The notes below the pieces were generated by a model. The model saw nothing but the letters and a program-made list of their open reading frames with translations, was not told where the DNA came from and ran no database searches. Below are positions 24,847 through 36,038 of a stretch of 64,000 nucleotides of DNA, in pieces. Source of the stretch: Pristiophorus japonicus (taxonomy: Eukaryota); assembly GCF_044704955.1 (NCBI RefSeq), contig NC_091997.1:21142001-21206000 (forward strand), read 5' to 3'. A program made the position numbers and the translations under genes. How positions within the stretch are numbered: position 1 is the stretch's first letter; each line of letters opens with the position of its first letter.

Positions 24847-26370
24847 TCATAGGTTTGGTCTTTCAGGTGGTCTACGCTTCCTCGTGGAGCGCCGCAGTTG
24901 GAGCTCTGGTTGTTGGACACTAACGGGAGTGTCTGTCACCTGTGGTGATTCCGCCCTGTCCGGGCTGACCGCAGGGACTGTGCATTCTTCTGATTGCTCT
25001 TGTTGCTCGTTCACTGGTGGTGGTGTGAGTTCCAACTCGTGGTCTTCTTCAGGTTCCTCCGTGCCGGTGCTGAAACATTTTTTTTTTACTTGGTCCAGAT
25101 GCTTGCGGCATATCTGACCATTGTTGAGTTTTACCACAATGACCCTATTCCCCTCTTTGTCAATTACAGTGTCCTCAAGCCATTTGGGCCCCATGGCATG
25201 ATTGAGGATGAATACGGGATCATTTATTTCTATACACCTCCCCCTTGAATTGCGGTCATGGTACTCATTTTGGGACTGGCGCTTGCCCTCAACAATGTCG
25301 GTCAGGATTGGGTGAATGAGAGACAACCAAGTTTTGAGTGTCCGTTTCATTAGTAGCTCTGCGGCGGGACCCCCGTGAGCGAGTGCGGGCGGGATCTATA
25401 GGCCAGCAGGAGGCGCGATAGGCGGCATTGTAGGGAGGGTCCTTGGATCCTGAGCATACCTTGCTTAATGATTTGGACCGCACGTTCCACCTGGCCATTG
25501 GAGGCCGGCTTGAACGGGTCTGTCTTGTCTTGGTTAATGTCATTACCCAACATGAACTCCCGGAATTCGTAGCTTGTGAAACATAGGCCATTATCACTAA
25601 CCAGGATGTCCGGAAAGCCATGTGTTGCGAAGATCGCACATAGGCTTTCCACGTTGGTGGATGTCGTGCATGAATTCAAAATGATGCACTCGACCCATTT
25701 CGAGTACGCGTCCACCACGATGGGAAACATCTTTCCCATGAACGGGCCCGCGTAGTCTACATGAATGCGTGACCATGGCCTGGTGGGCCAGGGCCACGGG
25801 CTGAGCGGGGCCTCCCTGTGGGCATTGCCCAGCTGGGCACACGTCGTGTACCTGCGAACACAGTGTTCCAGGTCTGAATCAATCCCAGGCCACCAAACGT
25901 GTGACCGGGCAATGGCCTTCATCAGCACGATGCCTGGATGCTCGCTGTGGAGTTCCCTGATGAATGCCTCCCTCCCCTTTTGGGGCATAACTACACAGCT
26001 GCCCCATAGTAGGCAGTCAGCCTGGATGGAGAGCTCATCCATCCGTCTGTGGAAGGGTCTGACCTCCTCAGGGCATGCTCCGTGTGCGGGCGTCCAATCC
26101 CCAGTCAGAACACATTTCTTAATCAGGGATAGAAGGGATCTCTATTTGTCCAGATTTTGATCTGGTGGGCTGTGATGGGGGTGCCTGCGCTGTCGAAGGC
26201 TTCGACAGCCATGACCATCTCAGCGCTTTGCTCCGCTGCCCCTTCAGTGGTGGCCAGCGGAAGCCTGCTGAGCGCGTCTGCGCAATTTTCGGTGCCGGGC
26301 CGGTGCTAATTGTGTAGTCATAAGCAGCCAGCGTGAGGGCCCATCGCTGTATGCGAGCTGATGCATTGCC
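24847..26370 (-). pseudogene. Gypsy pol 3' part: RNase H end and integrase (HHCC-like zinc finger, DDE), frameshifted
   Basis: LHSEHPG, WWPG, RIHVDYAGPF, VSDNG, SNGQVER, GPKW motifs. Confidence 0.92.
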
Positions 26371-26661
26371 GTATTGGGGGCAGAATTGCGCGCTTATATC
26401 AGTTTCGTCTCCTCCTCTCCCGCCATGAAAGTTTGAACCATCAATGCCGCCGCTTCCAAGGTCAAATCCTTGGTCTCAATTAATTTATGGAAAATTCCCG
26501 CATGACCGATGCCCTCGATAAAGAAGTCCCTGAGCATCTTCCCCCTACAGGCGTCTGTGAACTTACAGAGGCTGGCCAAACGCCGAAGGTCCGCTACAAA
26601 GTCCGGTATGCTCTGTCCTTCACGACGTTTGAGGGTGTAGAATCTGTGTCAGCCATGTGTA

Positions 26662-28244
26662 ACATAGAAACATAGAAACATAGAAAATAGGTGCAGGAGT
26701 AGGCCATTCGGCCCTTCTAGCCTGCACCGCCATTCAATGAGTTCATGGCTGAACATTCAACTTCAGTACCCCATTCCTGCTTTCTCGCCATACCCCTTGA
26801 TCCCCCTAGTAGTAAGGACCTCATCTAACTCCTTTTTGAATATATTTAGTGAATTGGCCTCAACAACTTTCTGTGGTAGAGAATTCCACAGGTTCACCAC
26901 TCTCTGGGTGAAGAAGTTCCTCCGCATCTCGGTCCTAAATGGCTTACCCCTTATCCTTAGACTGTGACCTCTGGTTCTGGACTTCCCCAACATTGGGAAC
27001 ATTCTTCCTGCATCTAACCTGTCTAACCCCGTCAGAATTTTAAATGTTTCTATGAGGTCCCCTCTCATTCTTCTGAACTCCAGTGAATACAAGCCCAGTT
27101 GATCCAGTCTTTCTTGATAGGTCAGTCCCGCCATCCCGGGAATCAGTCTGGTGAACCTTCGCTGCACTCCCTCAATAGCAAGAATGTCCTTCCTCAGGTT
27201 AGGAGACCAAAACTGTACACAATACTCCAGGTGTGGCCTCACCAATGCCCTGTACAACTGTAGCAACACCTCCCTGCCCCTGTACTCAAATCCCCTTGCT
27301 ATGAAGGCCAACATGCCATTTGCTTTCTTAACCGCCTGCTGCACCTGCATGCCAACCTTCAATGACTGATGTACCATGACACCCAGGTCTCTTTGCACCT
27401 CCCCTTTTCCTAATCTGTCACCATTCAGATAATAGTCTGTCTCTCTGTTTTTACCACCAAAGTGGATAACCTCACATTTATCCACATTATACTTCATCTG
27501 CCATGCATTTGCCCACTCACCTAACCTATCCAAGTCGCTCTGCAGCCTCACAGCATCCTCCTCGCAGCTCACACTGCCACCCAACTTAGTGTCATCCGCA
27601 AATTTGGAGATACTACATTTAATCCCCTCATCTAAATCATTAATGTACAGTGTAAACAGCTGGGGCCCCAGCACAGAACCTTGCGGTACCCCACTAGTCA
27701 CTGCCTGCCATTCTGAAAAGTACCCATTTACTCCTACTCTTTGCTTCCTGTCTGACAACCAGTTCTCAATCCATGTCAGTACACTACCCCCAATCCCATG
27801 TGCTCTAACTTTGCACATCAATCTCTTGTGTGGGACCTTGTCGAACGCCTTCTGAAAGTCCAAATATACCACATCAACTGGTTCTCCCTTATCCACTCTA
27901 CTGGAAACATCCTCAAAAAATTCCAGAAGATTTGTCAAGCATGATTTCCCTTTCACAAATCCATGCTGACTTGGACCTATCATGTCACCTCTTTCCAAAT
28001 GCACTGCTATGACATCCTTAATAATTGATTCCATCATTTTACCCACTACCGATGTCAGGCTGACCGGTCTATAATTCCCTGTTTTCTCTCTCCCTCCTTT
28101 TTTAAAAAGTGGGGTTACATTGGCTACCCTCCACTCCATAGGAACTGATCCAGAGTCAATGGAATGTTGGAAAATGACTGTCAACGCATCCACTATTTCC
28201 AAGGCCACCTCCTTAAGTACTCTGGGATGCAGTCCATCAGGCCC
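26662..28244 (-). mobile_element. CR1 subfamily A inserted in Gypsy gag; uninterrupted 481-aa RT frame (26763-28208)
   Basis: Complete RT motifs without stops; TGTA on both sides. Confidence 0.95.
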
Positions 28245-28535
28245 TGTATGCTGCTCACCGGTTTGAGGTGCTCCCCGATTAACTTGCTGAGCTCCTCAAA
28301 GGTTTTGTCCGCCGGCTTTTCGAGTGCCAGTAAGTCCTTCATTAGTGCATAAGTCTTTGGTCCGCAGCTGGTCAAGAGGTGAGCCCTGCGCTTGTCAGCC
28401 GCTGCATCCCCCAGCCATTCCTTCGTAACAAAACTCTGCTGAAGCCTCTCAACAAAATCGTCCCAATCTTCCCCAACTCAGTACCGTTCTTCTGAGCTAC
28501 CGGTGGCCATTCTCGTGGGTCGTAAATTCCTGTTT

Positions 28536-28545
28536 CTCGTCGCCA
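28536..28545 (-). promoter_or_regulatory. Primer-binding site TGGCGACGAG (complementary to the 3' end of vertebrate tRNA-Ser(GCT), from recall)
   Basis: One nucleotide inside the 5' LTR boundary at 28547. Confidence 0.75.
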
Positions 28546-29237
28546 CTGTAAAGTCCTTGCTCAATAGTATAAAACCACACGAGGCACATCCTGGGGACAA
28601 GGTCACACACAGACCTTGACTCTTTATTTACAGCACTAAGACAAAGCAACCCTCCCTTCATATACCTGGGTGCCCAGGTATGGGGCAGTCTCCCACAAGT
28701 GCATCTCTTGTGGTCAAGCTGTGCATCAAGTTCAAGCGTTGACACTATGCAGCACAGCAAGCATGAACAAAGAGAGAAACGTCAACAGCGGTCTGAAACA
28801 TGGGCCCAGAATTTGTGATCAGCGGCAAAGCGAAGGCATTCTCCGCTAACCCCGAAGTTAGCTTCCTACAAAGATCTCGCGATCTCTGTGTCAAGAACTT
28901 TGGATTTTCTGACATTCGATTCACATCAACGGACTGTACTGGGGATCCCCGAGTGCGAGCTGCTGCGACATCAAAAGGACAGCGGATAAGGAAATGGGTA
29001 AGCTCTGAAAATTCTAACTTTTAAAAAATGTTCGAGAGAGCAAAACAAAGATTGGGGCTTTCACATGGGGAAAAGGTAAACTTTAAGTACAGATGATCAA
29101 TTTTTTTTTAAGTAAAAAAAATTTAAGTTTCTTAAAAATTTTCATTTTTATTAATTTGGATAAATTTCACACTGCACAAAATTAAAGTTCATTTTTCAGG
29201 CCCATAAACTTTGTTTAGCAGTCAATACGCTGTTAAA

Positions 29238-29418
29238 AGAAGAGCGGGGGAGTCATCCCCAGTGTCCTGGCCAATATTTATCCCTCAATCAACATAACAA
29301 AAACAGAATATCTGGTCATTATCACATTGCTGTTTGTGGGAGCTTGCTATGCACAAATTAGCTGCCGCGTTTCCCACATTACAACAATGACTAAACTCTA
29401 AAAGTACTTCATTGGCTC
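29238..29418 (+). mobile_element. DeuSINE-type SINE fragment
   Basis: Matches the core of 59990-60418. Confidence 0.7.
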
Positions 29419-30220
29419 CCACTTTTTCTTTATTAGCAAACATTTAGCCCCATCCGTCCCAGATACTTACCATCCCCTTCTCTCCCTGTTATTATTTTGT
29501 ATCATGTTCTAATCGCCTTCCTCGGATGACAAATGCTGAGCGCAAATGTAACATTTGCAGACTCCATTCAGTGTAAAATGAACTTAGAAGCATAGGGGTC
29601 AAGTTTCGGCCTGAGTTGCTCCAATTTTGGAGCAACTGGTTTAGAATGGAGTATCTTAGAAATGGCAATTCTCTGCATTTAGTTTGCTCCAGTTCTAGTC
29701 AGTTAGAAGAGTTTCATTTTGGAACAGATTTTTTTTTCAAAAGGGGGCGTGTCCGGCCACTTACGCCTGTTTTGAAAGTTTAGGCAGTGAAAACTTACTC
29801 CAAACTAGCTTAGAATGGAGTAAGTCTAGATTTTTGTACGTTCAGAAAAACCTTGCCTACACTTTAGAAATCAGGGGGGTTGGGGGGTGAGGAGGGGGGC
29901 GGGGAAGGGAAGTAATTAAATTCTACAAGCATTCAACAGTCTTACTTATATAAATAAAGAGCCATCCTGAATAAAAAATTATAAACAAAGCCAATACAAA
30001 ATATTGAATATTCCTACCTGTGTGAAGCAGCAGCAGCCTTCGAGCTGCGGTGCTTCAGGCAGGCCTTCCATGTAGGAGACAGGGGCGGCGTCAGTGACTC
30101 GACGGCAGCCGAAGACACAGCAAGCAGCCTTCGAGCTGTGAGGGTAACTGAGGCCATTCGGCCAGGGACAGGGAGAGGCAGCCAGATAGCCAGTTTGAAA
30201 CTTAAATTTGTAATTGCAGA

Positions 30221-32480
30221 ATGGGTGTTGCATTGTCAACACCACGGATTATGCAATGGTTCGCCAGCAATTCACTGCATAGGAGAGAATTGATTAGAGC
30301 TCACCGCACCAGGACCGTCATAGCCCGTAGGTTGATGGGCAGGAGACCTTACCCACGTCGGCAATATCGAGCCAGGCGCTCATACCTGGACAGGAGCGAG
30401 GCTGATTGTGTCAAAAGGCTGCGTTTCCAAAGAGAAGTTGTCGTTGAGATCTGTGATATGCTGAGAGCAGATTTGCAGCCCAGAAGCAGAATGCCAACTG
30501 CCTTGTCTGTTGAAGTGAAGGTAACAGCTGCCTCGGGATCGTTTCAGGCTACAACTGGAGATGTGTGCGCCATCTCTCAACGTGAAATACATGCCTGGGG
30601 TTTACCAGGTCACGGCTGCACTTTATGCGCGAAGGAATGACTTCATCAATTTCCCAATGACCGCACAAGCGATCCATGAGAGGACTGTGGGCTTCTTCAG
30701 GATGCAGGGCTGCATTGATTGTACCTCCATAGCCTTGGGAGCACCTGTGGAGGATTCTGAGCAGTACAGGAATAGAAAAGGTTTCCACTCCATCAATGTG
30801 CAGCTCGTATGTGACGACAAGCAGCGCATCATGTCAGTCGATACGAGATACCCTGGCAGCACCCATGATGCGTTCATCCTACGCGACAGCGTTATATCTG
30901 ACATGTTTGAGCAGCAGCCAGAAGGGCAAAGCTGGCCACTGGGAGACAAAGAGTACGGCCTGACCACCTGGCTCAAAGAAACATAGAAAATAGGTGCAGG
31001 AGTAGGCCATTCGGCCCTTCGAGCCTGCACCGCCATTCAATGAGTTCATGGCTGAACATGCAACTTCAGTACCCCATTCCTGCTTTCTCGCCATAGCCCT
31101 TGATCCCCCTAGCAGTAAGGACTACATCTAACTCCTTTTTGAATATATTTAGTCAATTGGCCTCAACAGCTTTCTGTGGTCGAGAATTCCACAGGTTCAC
31201 CACTCTCTGGGTGAAGAAGTTTCTCCTCATCTCGGTCCTAAATGGCTTACCCCTTATCCTTAGACTGTGACCCCTGGTTCTGGACTTCCCCAACATTGGG
31301 AACATTCTTCTTGCATCTAACCTGTCTAAACCCATCAGAATTTTAAACGTTTCTATCCCCTCTCATTCTTCTGAACTCCAGTGAATACAAACCCAGTTGA
31401 TCCAGTCTTTCTTGATATGTCAGTCCCGCCATCCTGGGAATCAGTCTGGTGAACCTTTGTTGCACTCCCTCAATAGCAAGAATGTCCTTCCTCAAGTTAG
31501 GAGACCAAAACTGTACACAATACTCCAGGTGTGGCCTCACCAAGGCCCTGTACAACTGTAGTAACACCTCCCTGCCCCTGTACTTAAATCCCCTCGCTAT
31601 GAAGGCCAACATGCCATTTGCTTTCTTAACCGCCTGCTGTACCTGCATGCCAACCTTCAATGACTGATGTACCATGACATCCAGGTCTCGTTGCACCTCC
31701 CCTTTTCCTAATCTGTCACCATTCAGATAATAGTCTGTCTCTCTGTTTTTACCACCAAAGTGGATAACCTCACATTTATCCACATTATACTTCATCTGCC
31801 ATGCATTTGCCCACTCACCTAACCCATCCAAGTCACTCTGCAGCCTCATAGCATCCTCCTCGCAGCTCACACTGCCACCCAACTTAGTGTCATCCGCAAA
31901 TTTGGAGATACTACATTTAATCCCCTCGTCTAAATCATTATAGTACAATGTAAACAGCTGGGGCCCCAGCACAGAACCTTGCGGTACCCCACTAGTCACT
32001 GCCTGCCATTCTGAAAATACCCATTTACTCCTACTTTTTGCTTCCTGTCTGACGCCTCTACACCGGACACGGACAGAAGCTGACCGTCAATACCACATGG
32101 CGCACATTGCGACGTGCAGCATCATTGAGAGGACCATTGGCATATTGAAACAGCATTTCCGATGCCTGGACCATTCCGGAGGCCACTTGCAATACTCTCC
32201 TCAGACTGTCGGTCACTTCACTGTTGTGTGCTGCATGCTCCATAACTTAGCCATCATGAGGCAGCAGGAGCTGGTAGTGGAACCAGAAGACCCATGTGAG
32301 GGTCCAGTGCCTGATGATAGCATTTTGGAAGAGCAGGATGAGGATGATGACGACGATCAGGAAAGCATGCAAGTGCCTGATGCCGGAGCACGAGGTCGGA
32401 GGAGGGCCGTCCATCGTGCTCCTTTAACGATTGCTCGAGCCCTGCGCCAGCAGATCATCCGTGAACGCTTCAATTACTGA
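30221..32480 (+). pseudogene. Harbinger (HARBI1-like) DDE transposase, with deletions, frameshift and a CR1 insertion
   Basis: GCIDCT, YRNRKGFHSINVQ, YPGSTHD, LGDKEY, IIERTIGILKQHFRCL, CCMLHN. Confidence 0.92.
30976..32049 (-). mobile_element. CR1 subfamily A inserted in the transposase
   Basis: Removing it restores TGG CTC ATG ACG CCT (WLMTP); TGAC microhomology at the 5' junction. Confidence 0.93.
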
Positions 32481-32987
32481 TGCCTGAGGGCTCTGCGACC
32501 ACTGTTGCACATGGACATGTTTATTCTTTGGAGTTGTTCCGACGTTGTATTGTGTTAATGGAAGATGATTCAGTTTTAATGAAAAAATATTTTATTGAAA
32601 AGTTAACGTCACTGCAATAAAATATTTCTTGTATCAAACTTTACTATTTAATGTGAGTCTTGAAGATCACTTAAAAACTTTAAGATCACTTATAAACTTG
32701 TAAAGTTACAGAGCAATTTCAATGTGAAAAATCTTACACTCTTACGATCACTTAAACTTCAAGATCACTTTTAGGTGCAAAATTAAATAAGTTACAAAAA
32801 GTGAGAGCATTTACACTATAAGATCACTTAAAAATCCTAAGATCACTTATAAGTTGTAAAGTTACAAAACTTACAAAACAATTTCAATTTGAAAAACGCT
32901 ACTACAGCTACATCAAGAACAAGAACAAAAGCAGCACAGAAAGGCTGCAACCATGTCTCATCCACATCTCAGTGAATGTTCACTTCT

Positions 32988-34585
32988 TCATGGGGGTGTC
33001 ATTTGATTGGCTGGGCTGTGTGCCCTTATTGCAGCAGCTACCTCCCTAACGGCCTGTGCCGCCACTTGCATGCCCTCCCTGATAGCCTGTGCCATCGATT
33101 GGACTCCCTCGGACATTCCCTCCCTAAGTACCCGTGTCATTACTGCTATTTCTCCCGTCAGGACTGTCACCTCTTCACCCACTGCGCTGACGCTACCGAT
33201 GAGTGATCGGGTAAGCTCATTGGTCTCCACACCCAATGCCATAACCTGAGCCGCATCTGTTGCACGCTGCATCGCAGGAGAGCGTGTCTCCAATCTCCTT
33301 CTCCTCTGCCTGGGTCTGCCTCGCAGCACCACTGCACTGGGAGGCGCGGGCTGGGACGGTGGGACGCCCGGTGTTGCAGACGGCACCACAACACAGGGAG
33401 GGGCGGGCTGGGACGGTGGGATGCTCAGTGTTCCAGACGGCAGTACTAGAGAGAGAGGCATGGGCTGGGACGGTGGGGCGCTCGGTGTTCCAGACGACAG
33501 CACTCGAGTGCGAGCCGTGGGCTGGGATGGTGGGTGAATGGGTGTAAACTGCTCCATTACATCACCAGCACCACTGGGACCCGCAACGTCGGAATCAAAA
33601 CCATGGAAGGTGGAACCAGAACCTATGCGAGTGGGAAACGCAGGCTCGGACGGTAGTGCACTGGCTGTAAACTGCTGCATTACACCAGCAGCACCACTGG
33701 GACCCGCAACATCAGAATCAAAACCATGGAAGGTGGAACCAGAACCTATGCAAGGGGTTGAAACTCTGATGCCCCTTAATGGGGGCTCATAAACATTAAT
33801 TTGGAAGCTCTCCCCTGTAGACATTTCAGTCATCACCGCCATCATCCAGTCTGGATTGTCCGCATCTGGTTGTACTGGTTCTTGTTCTGTATCTTCAGGA
33901 TCCTCAGGGTTGGCATCATCATCATCATCATGTTCTGCAAAATACATCAGAACAGTCAAATGTTTAACAGCAAGGGAGGGGGCAGGATGGGTGGCATGAG
34001 TACTCTCACACATAGCAGGCCAGGCAGCAGGTTGATTTAAAGGGCCACGATGCATTTTCAGGACTTACTCTCTTCCTCGCATGCGGGCCCAGCCTGTGCT
34101 GTACCGATTGCTTTTCTCCATGTACGACTCATCATAGCAGCTACCCTTTGTTCCAAGGGTGTCAGTGGATGCAGATTGGGCGTGCCTCCTCCTGTCCGAG
34201 TTGCTTCCCTTTTGTTGTGGGCCAATTTCTTCTGCAAAGAGTAAAATATAACTTTTTACAGAGTGTGTCAGTCTGCAGGGTGGGACATACAGATAGTCAC
34301 GTTACAATTACGATTAGATTAAAAAATGAAAATATTACTTACACTAACTACTTGACCAAGGTCGTGCCATTTCTTTTTACACTGGCTTCCAGATCTCATG
34401 GAATGCACCACTGCGCAGTAATCTTCTGCAACTTGGTTCCAGCGTTTCTTCAATTCTTTAGGTGGCACTTTTATGCGACCTCTGTTGCTGGTATCTAGCT
34501 CCTGCCATCTCTGCTCAATGACGTTGACTAATATCTCCACTTTCTCATGCAAGAAATTCTTTGTTCTTGGTGGACGTTGTCCCAT
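32988..34585 (-). CDS. Harbinger Myb/SANT-like DNA-binding protein, 3 exons (34585-34343, 34231-34069, 33934-32988), about 450 aa
   Basis: Exon 1 NF..EK..L..W..VA..R...QCKKKW.DL; exon 2 [10 protein letters not shown]; GTAAGT donors and TGCAG acceptors with compatible phases (0, 1); no stops. Confidence 0.88.
33340..33755 (-). repeat. Coding repeats: four 60-bp PPSQP units and two [20 protein letters not shown] units
   Basis: GGGCTGGGAYGGTGGG recurs every 60 bp; duplicated segment at ~33570-33630 and ~33690-33750. Confidence 0.85.
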
Positions 34586-35371
34586 TGCTGTATTGAATTT
34601 ACACTCTTATTTTTCAAAACACACAGTGCTTAATTTGCATGCACCTATGCAGCATCTGTTCTGGAAGTTTAGCAGTGAAAAGCAACACTCACTGATTTCA
34701 GCAAGTGATTTATTCAACAGTGCTGCTAAAAGCACTCCTTCAGACACCACAAAATCAACAAAATTCAATCTACAAGCCTTTCCAGAGATCCACGAGACAA
34801 AGCAGCACTTTTCTTTAAGTTCCTTTAAAAATGGCCGAGTGCCAATGTTTCTGGGCTACTGCGCGTGCGCGCGTGCTCCAACGCGCATGCGCAGGGCTGC
34901 CGGCACGACGTTCTCTCATTTGACTTAGCCCCGCCCCCCTCCACTTGCAGAATCGGCGCAACCCTGTGGCTCCACCCCCCGCTGCTGTCTGCACGAGCTC
35001 CCAGGGACCAGCAAGGAGCCTGAGAATTACGAGGATGATTTTTGTCACGCTTTTAGGCGCGAAAAACGGGCGTCCATGCCAGGGCTGCGCCGTTCTAGGC
35101 GTGGCCCGAAATTTGACCCCACTGAAATTTACAGCGCTGAAGGAGGCCATTTCGGCCCATCATGTCCGTGCCGACCGACAAAGAACCGCACGGCCCTCGG
35201 TCAGCAGCCCTGAAGGTTACATATAAACCTATGAACAATGAACAATGACATAAAGGTAAAGAGCCCCCAGCCCAACCAGTCTGCCCCACACAACTGTAAG
35301 CCTTGGCAATAATCTAAAGCATTAACAATGTAGAACTTTATAACCACCATTTCTCAGGGCTAAGGTTTCCT

Positions 35372-36038
35372 GAGGAAAAGACCAGGCCCTTAAATCTGCC
35401 ACCAAGCTCATGGTCTACAAGGCTGTAGTAATACCCACCCTCCTGTATGGCTCAGAGACATGGACCATGTACAGTAGACACCTCAAGTCACTGGAGAAAT
35501 ACCACCAACGATGTCTTCACAAGATCCTACAAATCCCCTGGGAGGACAGAAGCACCAACATTAGCGTCCTCGACCAGGCCAACATCCCCAGCATTGAAGC
35601 ACTGACCACACTTGATCAGCTCCGCAAGGCAGTCCAAATTGTCCACATGCCAGACATGAGACTCCCAAAGCAAGCGCTCTACTCGGAACTCCTTCACGAC
35701 AAACGAGCCAAAGGTGGGCAGAGGAAACGTTACAAGGACACCCTCAACGCCTCCCTGATAAAGTGCAACATCCCCACTGACACCTGGGAATCCCTGGCCA
35801 AAGACCGTCCTAAGTGGAAGAAGTGCATCCAGGAGGATGCTGAGCCCCTCAAGTGTCATCGCCGAGAGCATGCAGAAATCAAGCGCAGGCAGCGGAAAGA
35901 GCATGCAGCAAACCTGTCCCACCCACCCTTTCCCTCACCTGTGACAGGAATTGTGGCTCTCATATTGTTCAGCCACCAAAGGACTGATTTTAAGAATGGA
36001 AGCAAGTCTTCCTCAATTACGAGGGACTGCCTATGATG
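35372..36038 (+). mobile_element. RTE-clade LINE 3' part (ORF 35410-36036)
   Basis: VYKAVVIPTLLYGSETWT...RLPKQALYSEL; ATGATG tail. Confidence 0.9.

Larger units (their letters stand above)
24582..28744 (-). mobile_element. Ty3/Gypsy LTR retrotransposon, internally deleted, with a nested CR1
   Basis: LTRs at 24582-24817 and 28547-28744 (TG...CA), 5-bp TSD CTATG (24577-24581, 28745-28749), PBS TGGCGACGAG, PPT next to 24818, gag pieces and integrase. Confidence 0.95.
29595..35120. mobile_element. PIF/Harbinger DNA transposon with two convergent genes
   Basis: TIRs GGGGTCAAGTTTCGG (29595) and CCGAAATTTGACCCC (ending 35120); DDE transposase on +, Myb/SANT gene on -; no matching 3-bp TSD seen. 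Confidence 0.93.

Noticed and set aside
27151-28012. Recurrent antisense ORFs (MNLRCTPSIARMSF…, MSSANLEIL…)
   Set aside because: Shadow frames of CR1 RT that recur in every copy
30221-32480. Host HARBI1 gene
   Set aside because: Lies within TIRs with a partner Myb gene and is disrupted, so it is a transposon copy
32660-32850. CRISPR-like repeat array
   Set aside because: 10-bp motifs with related spacers inside a eukaryotic transposon; no cas genes
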